A stretch of DNA of 64,000 bases from Nitrosopumilus sp. (GTDB lineage Archaea > Thermoproteota > Nitrososphaeria > Nitrososphaerales > Nitrosopumilaceae), in assembly GCA_965214775.1 (NCBI GenBank), contig OZ243974.1:2688001-2752000 (forward strand), written 5' to 3'. Position numbers and translations under genes: made by a program. The notes under the pieces are model-generated. The model had not been told where the DNA came from and searched no databases. It was given only the letters and a program-made list of their open reading frames with translations. Shown piece after piece: positions 19,855 to 30,318 of the stretch; the stretch's first letter is position 1; every line of letters starts with the position of its first letter.

Positions 19855-20804
19855 GAAGAATTGCCGGGTCTTGGTTGATTGCCATCAGGCCCGTCAGGTT
19901 TTTTGCTCTGATCGTCTGGCTGGTCATCCTTTTTGCTGTCGCTGTCTGCCTTCTCTTGGTCAGGACTTTCTTTCTTTTGTTGCTGTGGCTTGTTGGCATT
20001 GGCGTCTGGTTTTTTCCTTTCTTCTGAAACCAGTTTTTGGTATAGTTTGTAAGCCTGGTCAACATCGTAGTTTTGGTGGACTATTGCCCTGACTGATTTA
20101 ATCATCGATACCGGGTGATCAGACTGCCAGATGTTTCTGCCCATGTCAACTCCCACTGCGCCTCCTTTGATTGCGTTGTAGGTCAGCTGCATTGCATCGC
20201 GTTCGGGAATCTTCTTTCCGCCTGCAACGATGATTGGAACCGGACATGACCGAACCACCCTTTCAAAGTTCTCACAATAGTAGGTCTTTACAATGTGGGC
20301 GCCCTGTTCAGACGCTATTCTGCATGCAAGCGAGAGATATCTTGCGTCTTTTCCAAGTTCTTTTCCCACTGCAGTTACTGCCAGTACTGGAATTCCATAC
20401 TGTTCTGCCTCGGAAACTAGTTTTCCAAGATTGACAATTGTCTGGTATTCATATTTTGAGCCAACAAAGATGGACATTGCAAGTGCGCTTGCATTGAGCC
20501 GGATTGCGTCTTGAATTGATACTGTAATGTCTTCTTGAGACAAGTCGTCCCCAATGATGCTAGAGCCGCCTGAGACCCGCAAGACCATGGGGGTGCGCGT
20601 GTTTGCATCAACTGATGTCCTTTGGACGCCACGCGTCAGCATCAGAGAGTCGCAGTGCTTCAAAAGCGGGGCAATCACTTTTTTTGGGTTTTCTAATCTT
20701 TCGGTTGGGCCAAGAAAGTACCCATGATCGACTGCCAGCATCAACGCGCGGTTGTTTTGAGGCTTGATAATTTGTGCCAGTCTGTTTTGTAGTCCCCAGT
20801 CCAT
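19851..20804 (-). CDS. lsrF: LsrF/DhnA-type class I aldolase/thiolase with low-complexity tail
   Basis: MLAVDHGYFLGP, IVKTYYC, AGGKK, GVDMGRNIWQ. Confidence 0.85.
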   Translation of the reverse strand: MDWGLQNRLAQIIKPQNNRALMLAVDHGYFLGPTERLENPKKVIAPLLKHCDSLMLTRGVQRTSVDANTRTPMVLRVSGGSSIIGDDLSQEDITVSIQDAIRLNASALAMSIFVGSKYEYQTIVNLGKLVSEAEQYGIPVLAVTAVGKELGKDARYLSLACRIASEQGAHIVKTYYCENFERVVRSCPVPIIVAGGKKIPERDAMQLTYNAIKGGAVGVDMGRNIWQSDHPVSMIKSVRAIVHQNYDVDQAYKLYQKLVSEERKKPDANANKPQQQKKESPDQEKADSDSKKDDQPDDQSKKPDGPDGNQPRPGNSS

Positions 20805-20848
20805 CTGTCTTCGAATAGCAAAAATTTCAGGCTATTCTTAAGCCTTTC

Positions 20849-21880
20849 TTACTTTGTAATGATTATCTTCATGGAATTGTCCCCTGTTCTGGCATGATCA
20901 AATGCCTTTTGGGCATCCGTGATGGGATATGTGTGAGTTATGAGTTTCCCTACCTCTATTTGTCCTGATTCAATGATGTCTAATGCCTCTTTGGTGTCTG
21001 CATCAGAAGCTGCATAACTTGTAACTAGGGTAATTTCCTTGGAGTAGACCTTGCTCATGTCAAGACTCATCATGGCACCGTCTGTCGGGACGCCAAACAT
21101 CATTACCGTTCCGCCCCTCCTGACCAGATCAATCGCGTCCTCAAGCGCCTTGAGGCTGGATGTGGCCACGATTGCAACGTCTGTTCCCCGGTTTTCAGTC
21201 GCATCCAGAATCTTTTGTTTTTTGTTCTCGTCAGTAGAGCGTATTGCATCAGTAACGTTGAATTTCTTTGCAAACTCTAGTCTGAAATCATTTACATCAA
21301 AGCAAAATATCTTGGAGAATTTTTTTGCGCGAGCCAGCATTGCATGCATCATGCCAGTCGGGCCTGTTCCAAAGACTGCAACAGAGTCACCCTCTGTGTA
21401 TCCGTACTTGTTCCAGGCCCTGATACAGCATGCCAGTGGCTCGATCATTGCGGCCTCTTCAAAACTAAGCGAATCGGAAATTTTCAAGACACCGCCGTGT
21501 GCAACGTTCCATGCGGGAACCACGTACTCTTCGGACAATCCGCACGGGGAAAGGTTTGTCTCCGAATATTTCTTGCACATTGTTTCACATCCGCGATTGC
21601 AGTAATGACAGTCATAGCACGGGACGTGATGATGTGTAAAGACTCTGTCTCCTTTTGCAAACTCAGTGACATCAGAGCCTGTTTCAACGACAACCCCTGC
21701 CGGCTCGTGTCCCAATCTCATTGACGGCTGCCCGTATTGCCCAAAGACTTTTTCCAAGTCAGAACCGCATATCCCACATGCATGCATCTGTACCAGTATA
21801 TCACCGGGCTCCAAAGTGGGTTTCTGTGTCTCATCGACTGAAATTACAGACGGCTCCTTGACTGACGCAGTTTTCATCAA
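20849..21880 (-). CDS. Zn-dependent alcohol/sugar dehydrogenase
   Basis: CGICGSD, GHE, CYDCHYC...C, GTGPTG. Confidence 0.9.
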   Translation of the reverse strand: MMKTASVKEPSVISVDETQKPTLEPGDILVQMHACGICGSDLEKVFGQYGQPSMRLGHEPAGVVVETGSDVTEFAKGDRVFTHHHVPCYDCHYCNRGCETMCKKYSETNLSPCGLSEEYVVPAWNVAHGGVLKISDSLSFEEAAMIEPLACCIRAWNKYGYTEGDSVAVFGTGPTGMMHAMLARAKKFSKIFCFDVNDFRLEFAKKFNVTDAIRSTDENKKQKILDATENRGTDVAIVATSSLKALEDAIDLVRRGGTVMMFGVPTDGAMMSLDMSKVYSKEITLVTSYAASDADTKEALDIIESGQIEVGKLITHTYPITDAQKAFDHARTGDNSMKIIITK

Positions 21881-21914
21881 GCAATTTTAGAAGACAGACT
21901 ATAAGTAGATTGAA

Positions 21915-22208
21915 TCACACGCCAAGAATCTTCTTGAGCATTGCCCTATAGTCAACATCAGACTTCTCGCTTCCGGCTGCCGGCAACGCAAAGACCAAGG
22001 TTGATTTCTCTGTCCTAAGTGCCGTTAGCTCATCGTTGATTTCTTTAGTGATGTCATCACTGACTAGAACCAGCCCGACATCAGAGTCGTCAGTCAGGGT
22101 TTTGATCTCCTCTAGTGCTTTTTGAGGAGTGTCAGTTACTTTTCCCGGGACCCCGGCCAGCTGAAAGCTTGCCACAAAGGACTTGCTGCCTACGGTGAAG
22201 ATCTTCAC
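21915..22208 (-). CDS. atpF: A/V-type ATP synthase subunit F
   Basis: GTG start MKIFTVGSKSFVASFQLAGV...LKKILGV. Confidence 0.85.
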   Translation of the reverse strand: MKIFTVGSKSFVASFQLAGVPGKVTDTPQKALEEIKTLTDDSDVGLVLVSDDITKEINDELTALRTEKSTLVFALPAAGSEKSDVDYRAMLKKILGV

Positions 22209-22253
22209 AATCCAAATCCTTGCGCGTTCTAATTTAACCGTTTTTGGCAAGCC

Positions 22254-22627
22254 CAGTCTTCACAGAAGTAACTCATGGAGGCACCGGTGGAGGGGGCTGG
22301 GGCAGCATCCTATAGTCCGATATGCCGCGCATGATCACGTCCTTGAGGCGCTGCCGGGTGATCAGAGGAATCCTCGGTGGTGGTGATCCCCGTCATGATC
22401 CTCATCATCGCGTTTGTCATGACCCACGCGTTGAAGACCATGACAGAGTACACAAAGTACAGCATCCTTGCCTCGGGGCTTTTGCTGTGGGTCCTGACCC
22501 TTGCGTTCTCTATCATCCTGTATCCGGTCTCGATCCCCCACCTGCGGCTGTACTCGTCCGGATCTATTCCCTGCACGTTGGTTGGGTTCTGTGTAATCTT
22601 CGTGATATGGATCTTCTCCCGATTCAA
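22254..22627 (-). pseudogene. ISH3-family transposase C-terminal remnant
   Basis: YSRRWGIETGYR motif; CAGT-type end near 22254. Confidence 0.7.
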
Positions 22628-22890
22628 GCCTGATTCCCCTCCATGCTCAAACTAGCGTTCTGAATTATTGCCTTCCATTTGTTTTTGCCATCTACGCTGA
22701 TTAGAGCAGATTCTGCCGGGGTTTGTCCTTTGAGACCTCCGTGTTTTTTGACATAGTTGTAGCAGACCATCATTCCATTCAGGATTTCGGTATCCGTTTT
22801 CTTCAGGCCTCTGAAGACCTTTTCCCTGTCCCATATCTCCCCGTTCAGTCTCTCCATCCTGTTGTTGTTATCCCGGTCTCTCTTTCCTAA
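22624..22890 (-). pseudogene. IS6-like DDE transposase C-terminal remnant
   Basis: NNNRMERLNGEI..REKVFRGLK, YNYVKKHGGLKGQTPAE. Confidence 0.65.
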
Positions 22891-22891
22891 G

Positions 22892-23027
22892 AGATGATCC
22901 GAAATTAGAAGCCATGTAAATTTTTCAAATAATTTCACAGATAATCTGTATTTTGTTGGTGTTTTGAGCTGATTTATGCAGGATTCGTTCACAAATAATC
23001 AGAGTCTGCTAATTTCAAATCAACTCT
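22892..23027. mobile_element. 136-bp ISL2-derived MITE
   Basis: Both TIRs of element 12722-13880; followed by CAG. Confidence 0.9.
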
Positions 23028-23101
23028 CAGGCGACACTACCGGCCGGAGCATTCGTGATCACGCCTGTTGTGCCGTATCTCATTGGAGGGTAAACTCATA
23101 C
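23028..23101. mobile_element. IS66-type MITE, one end lost at the ISL2-MITE junction
   Basis: Ends gggtaaactcatac; reverse-complement homologue of 56703-56773 plus 57910-57931. Confidence 0.7.
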
Positions 23102-23232
23102 TTCTAGGAGTGTATGACGGTTTATTTCAGGGAACCCAAATTCACTCCATGACGTCAGATCCACGTGTACGTTTCGCTTAGATGTAGGCAGTAGATCAGA
23201 AGGTTGATTTAGGCTAAAAAAAACGTGATCTT

Positions 23233-23532
23233 ATGGCTGAAATTGACACTAGCAAAGATGTCTATCTGTTTCTCCACGGAAGAATGGATCTTAAAGAAAA
23301 GGCAATGAATGTACTTGTTGCAAAGGGCTTTGCAGCAGACAAAGTCATCATGGCATTGCCAGACAAGGTAGGAAGTGTTGGCGATTACATGGCAATGATG
23401 TGGATGCCGCCAAACCCCGACCATGTCAAGATTCAACAGATCACCAAGGTCGAAGAGGTCAAACCAGAAGGAATGATCGGCCTCTGGAAGGGCGTAGCAA
23501 AGGACGATATCGAGTCTGTTCCATTAGAATAG
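23233..23532 (+). CDS. Conserved hypothetical protein
   Basis: Clean ORF with host-like codon usage. Confidence 0.75.
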   Translation: MAEIDTSKDVYLFLHGRMDLKEKAMNVLVAKGFAADKVIMALPDKVGSVGDYMAMMWMPPNPDHVKIQQITKVEEVKPEGMIGLWKGVAKDDIESVPLE

Positions 23533-23533
23533 A

Positions 23534-23785
23534 TTAGCTGAATCCGGCGCCAAACTCTTTTCCTTTTCCCAAGAGATCAATCAAACCGGAATTTTTCATT
23601 TTCATAAACAACAATGTCGCATAGACTGTCTCCATTGCCTCCTTGTCATCTACTCCGCAATCAGCTTTGACTTGATCACGATATGGATCTAGTTTTGATG
23701 CATCTTGCTCGTTATAGGAGATGCCATCACGGGCCATCATCTTTGCAATTTTGTCAATTTCAGTGTTTCTTTGAGAGTCATCCAC
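23534..23785 (-). CDS. Hypothetical protein
   Basis: Clean ORF, convergent packing with its neighbour. Confidence 0.65.
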   Translation of the reverse strand: MDDSQRNTEIDKIAKMMARDGISYNEQDASKLDPYRDQVKADCGVDDKEAMETVYATLLFMKMKNSGLIDLLGKGKEFGAGFS

Positions 23786-23824
23786 ACAAGAACAGTAGAA
23801 ATCATAGTTAATAACTAATTCGGA

Positions 23825-24130
23825 TCACAAGTCATGAATCAAGCCAACTAGAAAATCAGAAAACTCTTCATCTGAAAAAGCAATTTTCTCAACCTTGTCT
23901 TCCTTGATTGCCAGGGACACCGAATCCAGATGGTAGCAGGAAGACGTCTTTCCATTTGATTGGCTAAAATAAAATGCAGAGCATGAGCAAAAATCAGATG
24001 CGGGATCTATCCAATGCTCTTTGCCCTTGCCAACCACAGTCCAGATTTTCCGTCCACTAGGCTCAAAGACATGCAGTTTTACGCGCTTTTCTGATACAAT
24101 GGTTTCCAGTCGGTCAGAATCCCCGTTCAT
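23825..24130 (-). CDS. SWIM zinc-finger protein
   Basis: FCSC...CYH. Confidence 0.8.
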   Translation of the reverse strand: MNGDSDRLETIVSEKRVKLHVFEPSGRKIWTVVGKGKEHWIDPASDFCSCSAFYFSQSNGKTSSCYHLDSVSLAIKEDKVEKIAFSDEEFSDFLVGLIHDL

Positions 24131-24161
24131 AACGGTTTAATCCCATATGTAAGGTATAACT

Positions 24162-24914
24162 TTGATGCCACAAACGCGGATTGTTCCTTCAAAACCTGCG
24201 CTAATTCTAGAAGGTAGAAAAAAGAGCCTCATCATAACTGACATTCACATTGGCTTTGAGAGCAGCATGGCATCAAACGAAATATTTGTTGGAAAAAACT
24301 CCACTATCGCCGAAACCATATCAGAGATAAAGAAGATCATCGATTCAGAGAGTCCAGACTCTGTGATTTTGTTAGGGGATGTAAAGTCAAGCGTCAAGAG
24401 CATTGGAAAAAGCGAGTGGGACGAGGTTCCAGAATTCCTTGGGGAGATTAGGAAAAAATGTGACGTGGTACTAATTCCCGGAAACCATGATGCAAACATT
24501 CAGAGATTGGTTCCAGACGGCATCTCCATGATCAGCCCAACTGGAATGGTCGAGGAAAACGTCTTGCTGACACACGGACACATGATGCCATCTGAGAACT
24601 TTTCTCATGTCGACAAGATCATCATGGGACATCTGCATCCGGTATTCTTTCAAGAAGATTCCGTGATTAACGGGCAGCGTGTCTGGGTTTCAATCAAGAC
24701 CGAGAAGGAGAAGATCTTTCCAAGCAGATCAGGAGAGTTGGAAATTACCATAGTTCCTTCTTTTAACAAGTACTTTTATGCAACTCGCAAAAAAAGATAC
24801 AAAAAATCAATATCGCCAATCATTGACAGGATAGACTCCATTTCGGATGCAAGAATCGTTACGCTTGATGGGACAATTATCGGAAACGAATCAATCATTG
24901 ATCAGGTGCTGTAA
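24162..24914 (+). CDS. Metallophosphoesterase
   Basis: DIHIG, LGD, GNHD, THGH, GHLHP. Confidence 0.9.
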   Translation: MMPQTRIVPSKPALILEGRKKSLIITDIHIGFESSMASNEIFVGKNSTIAETISEIKKIIDSESPDSVILLGDVKSSVKSIGKSEWDEVPEFLGEIRKKCDVVLIPGNHDANIQRLVPDGISMISPTGMVEENVLLTHGHMMPSENFSHVDKIIMGHLHPVFFQEDSVINGQRVWVSIKTEKEKIFPSRSGELEITIVPSFNKYFYATRKKRYKKSISPIIDRIDSISDARIVTLDGTIIGNESIIDQVL

Positions 24915-24981
24915 ATGTACCGCATCAGAGAGGTGATCCGAAATTAGAAACCAAACACCCCGTCCACAGATGTCCTGCCGC

Positions 24982-25067
24982 AGTACGTATATCAAAAAAA
25001 CGGATCGTAATTTTGACATATCGTGCATATTTCGATAAAAAATGTCCAGATTTCAACTGTGCGCACT
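24982..25067. mobile_element. About 86-bp MITE-like repeat (uninterrupted allele), preceded by an ISL2 end remnant at about 24929-24980
   Basis: Homologous to 37098-37259 and to the reverse-oriented half copy at 55625-55671; agtgcgca-like ends. Confidence 0.7.
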
Positions 25068-25157
25068 CTTATGGGGAACTTTTGGGAGGACTGGCAGCAG
25101 ACTATTCAATCCAGATTGAAGATTTTCTTATTATGATGCAGTGCGCAGATGAGACAA

Positions 25158-25738
25158 TGATTTTGAATACGAAGCAAAAACTGCTGGTTTTGGGAATGGC
25201 GGCAGCCTGTCTGTCCGTCCCCGGCTCCGCACATGCGAGTCACGGTGTGGGCGCGGGATCCTGGAACCACGACGATGTGGGATATGCGTGTCTCAGCTCT
25301 GTCAATCTCATGCCTGTCGAATCCAGTACTGATCCGTGCGATGGCTTCGACAGCCGTGGATGTCTGGAACTCCATACCATCGTCAAGCTTGGAGTTTGAC
25401 GAGGTTTTGTCGAGCACGGCAGACATGACTGTTGGTGCATCCAGCCTGTATTCCGGGACATGGCCGTCAACCAAGTCGTAATACATGGGGGAACCACAAT
25501 AATGGATTCTGACATCCGGTTCAACTACAATGTGCATTGGGGTGACCGCGCAGGTGCAGATTGGTGGAAGTTCTGGGTCAAGGACTACCTGTCCACTGCA
25601 ATCCATGAAACGGGCCACGCGATCAGATTGGTACATGATCCGAACTCGGAGTTGATGCGCGGCAGTCACGACATCGGCGAGATATACCGGACCCCGTCAG
25701 AACACGACATAAGTACCGTGGAGTGGAAATATCCATGA
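25158..25738 (+). pseudogene. Secreted matrixin-like zinc metalloprotease with two frameshifts
   Basis: Signal peptide in ORF 25013, AVDVWNSI in ORF 25233, DSDIRFN and HETGHAIRLVH...LM in ORF 25460. Confidence 0.75.
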
Positions 25739-26325
25739 GCCGCCGAATCATACTTTCAGCAGTGGTGGTGGTGGCGGTGCTGCTGCCGGCACTCCTGCTG
25801 TTCGTGCCAGGACAGACGCATGTGGAACACATGCAGACGGCGTTCCCACACACTGACAAGACGGTTGCAATACAACACTCCGATGAGGTTGCATTCACGC
25901 TTCAGGAACGAGCGAAACACAGCGATCTGGTGATCGAGGGCGTGGTGAGCAACATGGCCTCTGTGAAGAAGCAGATGGATCCGGCCGATGACGGCTACTG
26001 GGTCTTCACAATCGTCACGGTGAAGGTAAGCGATGTCTTCAAGGGCGAGACGGATGAGGGAACCGTAGACGTACAGCTGTATGGCGGGGAAACTGACGAC
26101 ATGATAGCTGTGTTCGATAGGCATGACGTCGGGATCAACGACGATGTCATAATGTTCCTAGAGAAAAATTCGGACGGCATAGCCGGTGACAGTTATGCCC
26201 TGGTCGGCCCCACGTCTGGAATGTATCTGATCGAAGGAGACTCTGCCAAGCACTACCACGAGGAAATGTCGCTGACGGCAGGGAGTCTGAGGGATGCAGT
26301 CAAGGCAGCACATGGCCTCAACTGA
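25735..26325 (+). CDS. Secreted/membrane-anchored hypothetical protein
   Basis: N-terminal TM; SDLVIEGVV, KVSDVFKG, VIMFL pattern; ATGA overlap with the protease. Confidence 0.75.
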   Translation: MSRRIILSAVVVVAVLLPALLLFVPGQTHVEHMQTAFPHTDKTVAIQHSDEVAFTLQERAKHSDLVIEGVVSNMASVKKQMDPADDGYWVFTIVTVKVSDVFKGETDEGTVDVQLYGGETDDMIAVFDRHDVGINDDVIMFLEKNSDGIAGDSYALVGPTSGMYLIEGDSAKHYHEEMSLTAGSLRDAVKAAHGLN

Positions 26326-26332
26326 GGCATTC

Positions 26333-26889
26333 CTATTTTTTTCTATGCACATAGATCCTTTCCGCTACGAGTCCCATGACCACTATGAGCAGGCCCGCTG
26401 CTAGGGCGCCTGTTAGCGACAGGCCGGCATCCGAATCGGCGCCGGGATCCACCTGGACGCTTGCAGTCCGGAGTGCCAGCGGAACCAGGCCTGCAATGCC
26501 GATCGCCACGAACTTCACGCCGCCTAGAATCCGTTTCAACAACCTGTCCTCGTCCTCCTCTTGCATGCCCGGCAACGCAAGCAGTCCTTTGGGTATTCCA
26601 AAGTGCCTGTGTTCGATGCCCTTCTTGGTGATCCTCTTGTAGGTAATATCGACTAGGCGATTGACTCCATCTTGTGTAGGTGGTGGACCACCAGGTTTGG
26701 GCGCAATCCCAGTTTTTTTGCAATTTCATTCACGTACATCTCGTGGCTGATCAGCGCCTTGACAATGCTGCGGCCAGACTCGTTGCCAAGTATCCCCCCC
26801 CCCAGCACCTTCAGTGACTCATCCGAAGAAAAAACTTTGATCCTGAGATCCTCGTCCTTACCCACGTCTGCATGCCTCAGTCTTCCCAT
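26333..26889 (-). pseudogene. ArsR-like wHTH regulator with C-terminal TM helices, disrupted
   Basis: NESGRSIVKAL..EMYVNEIAKKLGLRPNLVVHHLHKME, then a break and a two-TM segment. Confidence 0.7.
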
Positions 26890-27071
26890 ATGTATCTGAC
26901 CCGTGGCGGTGCAGACGACTACGTACGGATCTACAGGCAGTGGGTCATGACTTTAATTCTGCCTAGGGGCTATCCTAGCACTCCTCCTCCTCCGTCGCCG
27001 CCACAACCTGCTACGGCGTAGACCGCCTGAAAACTTTTGCTTGCCAACATAATGCAGATCGTATTTTGGAT

Positions 27072-30000
27072 TTATTCTGTCTTGTCGTATGGCTCTATTG
27101 GATCAGTCGTGGTCTTGTTACTCTTGCGCCACTCCAGAGTCCTGACAAACGAATCGGCAAGCTCTATCGTAGTCAGGACAGGGATGCCAAGCTCGATTGC
27201 CTTTCTTCTGATTTGATATTCATCATCAAGCATTCCGACGTATTTTTCAATCGTAGAAGTACTAGGTATGTTTATGATAAAGTCGATGCTTCGCTTGTAA
27301 AGCAGATCAGCGATGTTTGGCTGGCGGTCAGGCTCTGAAATCTTGTGAACAATCTCAATGCCTCCCACTTTTTCTTCAAAGAACTCTGCAGTGTGCTCTG
27401 TTGCCATAATCTTGAATCCAAGTTGTCTTAATTTTGCAATGGAAGACAATAACTTCTCCTTGTTCTCTGTTCCCCCAACCGTAACAACTGCGGTTCCCGT
27501 CTCTGGCAGGTTGTATCCGACCGAGGTCAGTCCTTTTGATAGTGCATCATAGAAACTCGTGCCAAAGCATGCAGCCTCGCCGGTTGACTGCATCTCCACT
27601 CCCAGTGCAATGTCTGCACCGTCTAACTGCATAAATGAGAACTGGGGAACCTTGATTCCGTAATTGTGGATTTTCTGCCACTTGTCCTCAGGGATTCTGG
27701 GCAGGGGCTTGTCCAAAATGGCCTTGGATGCCAGGGAGATCAGGTTTGTTTTGACCAGTTTTGAGACAAACGGCATGGAACGTGATGCACGTATATTCAG
27801 TTCTATAACATATACATGATCATCGTTTACCAGGAATTGCAGGTTAAACGGCCCTTTGACATTAAAGGTCAGCGCAATCCGCTTGGTATAATCTGCAATT
27901 GTTTCGATGATTTTGTTGCTTAGCCTCCAAGGAGGAATGCACATCATCGCATCGCCAGAGTGAACGCCTGCACTGTCAATGTGTTCTACGATAGCTCCGA
28001 TGATTGCTTCCTTGCCGTTGCTTATCCCGTCAACGTCAACTTCCAAAGAATTTAGCATGAACTTTGAGATTACAACCGGATGGTCCGGCGACACATCGGT
28101 TGCCTCTTTGACATATGTTTTGAGCTCTTCTGGCGACCATACCACCTTCATTGCAGCACCGGACAAGACATAAGATGGCCTGACAATCACGGGAAATCCG
28201 ACATCCTGCGCAAATGACTTTGCATCATTAAGACTGGAGAATGCCTGCCACTTGGGCTGTCCGATGTGGAGATGATCAAGTTCTGCACTAAACTTTGAGC
28301 GATCTTCGGCCCTGTCAACGTCATGGGCCGATGTCCCCAGAATGTTTACACCGCGTTCGGCCAGACCGGGAGTCAGGTTGTTTGCCGTTTGCCCCCCAAC
28401 ACACGTGATGATGCCCTTTGGATTCTCAAAGTCAGAGATGTCCAGCAGTCTTTCCTGGGTCAACTCTTCAAAGTACAGTCTGGTACATATGTCATAGTCA
28501 GTCGATACTGTCTCAGGATTGCAGTTTACGACTGAGACATTCTTTTCCCCGTTTTCCTGCAAACCCCAAACCATGTTTACGGTTCCCCAGTCAAACTCCA
28601 CGCTGCTTCCAATTCTGTATGGGCCTGCGCCGACTACCACGATCCCCTGCTCGTCTTTTGGAATCTCAATGTCATGGGAAAATCCGCCGTATGTGAGATA
28701 CAGATAGTTAGTTATGGCAGGCCATTCGGCTGCAAGAGTGTCAATCTGCTTTACTGCAGGAACCACGCCTAGATTTTTGCGTATTTTACGCACCTCATCA
28801 GACGTTGTATCCTTGGAGCGGGCAATCTGTCTGTCTGAGAATCCAAGCTTCTTTGCCTCCCACATCATGGATTTTTCCAGTTCTGACTCTTTGAGCTTGC
28901 CTTCTGCATCAACGATATTCTGAATCTTTTGGATAAACCAGGGATCAATTGCAGAGAGTTTGTAGATTCTCTCAGGTGAAACCCCCATTTTCAACGCAAC
29001 TGCGACGTTGTACAGAATCTGATCATCATGGTTGGATAGTTTGAATTCAATATCTTCTTCCGTGTACTTTTCTGTTCCATCTGCACGATTCAGCACCAGT
29101 CCATCGTTTCCAATGTCAAGCATTCTGATTGCCTTTTGAAGGGACTCTTCAAACGTGCGTCCGATTGCCATGACTTCGCCGACTGATTTCATTGTCACGC
29201 CAAGCTTGCGATTGACTTGATCAAACTTTGCAAAGTCCCACCGCGGATGCTTGCACACTATATAATCAAGCGAGGGCTCAAAGCACGCAGTCGTGCTCTT
29301 TGTAATTCGGTTGACGAGCTCAGGCAGGCTGTAACCCAATCCGATTTTAGCTGACATGTATGCAAGCGGGTATCCTGTTGCCTTGCTTGCAAGTGCCGAG
29401 GAACGGGACAGGCGGGGGTTGATTTCAATTGCAACGTATCTGTCTGAATCTGCATCCAACGCGTATTGGATGTTGCATTCGCCGACAATTCCAACATGCC
29501 TTGTCGCACGCAAGGCAGCTGAACGCAGCATGTGGTATTCGTGGTTGTCAATTGTCTGGGATGGCGCAACTACAATGTTATCACCGGTGTGAACCTTCAT
29601 TGAAAGGACGTTTTCCATGTTGCAGACAATTACGCTGTTGCCGTCATAGTCCTGCATTACCTCATATTCGATCTGCTTCCAGTGACCGATGTATTCCTCG
29701 ATTAGGACTTGGCCGACAAGGCTTGCGTTCAGGCCCCGCTCTACAATTTCGTGCAGTTCGATCTCGTTGTGGGCGATTCCGCCGCCACGGCCACCCAGGG
29801 TATATGCAACCCTGATGATGACAGGATAGCCAAGATCCTTGGCTGTTTTCTTTGCGTCATCAAAGTTAGTCACAGTCTTGCTCTTGAGGATCGGGACGCC
29901 GGCCTCAGTCATCTGATCCTTGAAGAGCTGCCTGTCCTCGGTGTTTTTGATGCCTTGAACCTGTGTTCCAAGCACTTTGACGCCGTATTTTTGCAGGATT

Positions 30001-30317
30001 CCGGCTTCATCTAGCTTGACTCCGCAGTTCAGGGCAGTCTGGCCGCCATAGGCCAGCATGATTCCGTCTGGCCTTTCCTTCTCTACAACGGATTCGACAT
30101 ACTGCAGATTTACTGGGAGGAGGTAGACCCGGTCTGCAAATCTCGTATCGGTTTGAATCGTTGCAATGTTTGGGTTGATCAGGACGCTCTTGAGTCCGTC
30201 CTCGCGGATTGCTTTGAGGCACTGGCTTCCCGAATAGTCAAATTCGCCGGCCTCGCCAATTTTAATGGCGCCACTTCCCAGAACAAGAATTTTGTCTAGT
30301 GATTGATTTTTTGGCAT
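27072..30317 (-). CDS. carB: Carbamoyl-phosphate synthase large subunit
   Basis: GEAGEFDYSG, GGQTALN, two ATP-grasp halves, MGS domain. Confidence 0.97.
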   Translation of the reverse strand: MPKNQSLDKILVLGSGAIKIGEAGEFDYSGSQCLKAIREDGLKSVLINPNIATIQTDTRFADRVYLLPVNLQYVESVVEKERPDGIMLAYGGQTALNCGVKLDEAGILQKYGVKVLGTQVQGIKNTEDRQLFKDQMTEAGVPILKSKTVTNFDDAKKTAKDLGYPVIIRVAYTLGGRGGGIAHNEIELHEIVERGLNASLVGQVLIEEYIGHWKQIEYEVMQDYDGNSVIVCNMENVLSMKVHTGDNIVVAPSQTIDNHEYHMLRSAALRATRHVGIVGECNIQYALDADSDRYVAIEINPRLSRSSALASKATGYPLAYMSAKIGLGYSLPELVNRITKSTTACFEPSLDYIVCKHPRWDFAKFDQVNRKLGVTMKSVGEVMAIGRTFEESLQKAIRMLDIGNDGLVLNRADGTEKYTEEDIEFKLSNHDDQILYNVAVALKMGVSPERIYKLSAIDPWFIQKIQNIVDAEGKLKESELEKSMMWEAKKLGFSDRQIARSKDTTSDEVRKIRKNLGVVPAVKQIDTLAAEWPAITNYLYLTYGGFSHDIEIPKDEQGIVVVGAGPYRIGSSVEFDWGTVNMVWGLQENGEKNVSVVNCNPETVSTDYDICTRLYFEELTQERLLDISDFENPKGIITCVGGQTANNLTPGLAERGVNILGTSAHDVDRAEDRSKFSAELDHLHIGQPKWQAFSSLNDAKSFAQDVGFPVIVRPSYVLSGAAMKVVWSPEELKTYVKEATDVSPDHPVVISKFMLNSLEVDVDGISNGKEAIIGAIVEHIDSAGVHSGDAMMCIPPWRLSNKIIETIADYTKRIALTFNVKGPFNLQFLVNDDHVYVIELNIRASRSMPFVSKLVKTNLISLASKAILDKPLPRIPEDKWQKIHNYGIKVPQFSFMQLDGADIALGVEMQSTGEAACFGTSFYDALSKGLTSVGYNLPETGTAVVTVGGTENKEKLLSSIAKLRQLGFKIMATEHTAEFFEEKVGGIEIVHKISEPDRQPNIADLLYKRSIDFIINIPSTSTIEKYVGMLDDEYQIRRKAIELGIPVLTTIELADSFVRTLEWRKSNKTTTDPIEPYDKTE

Positions 30318-30318
30318 T

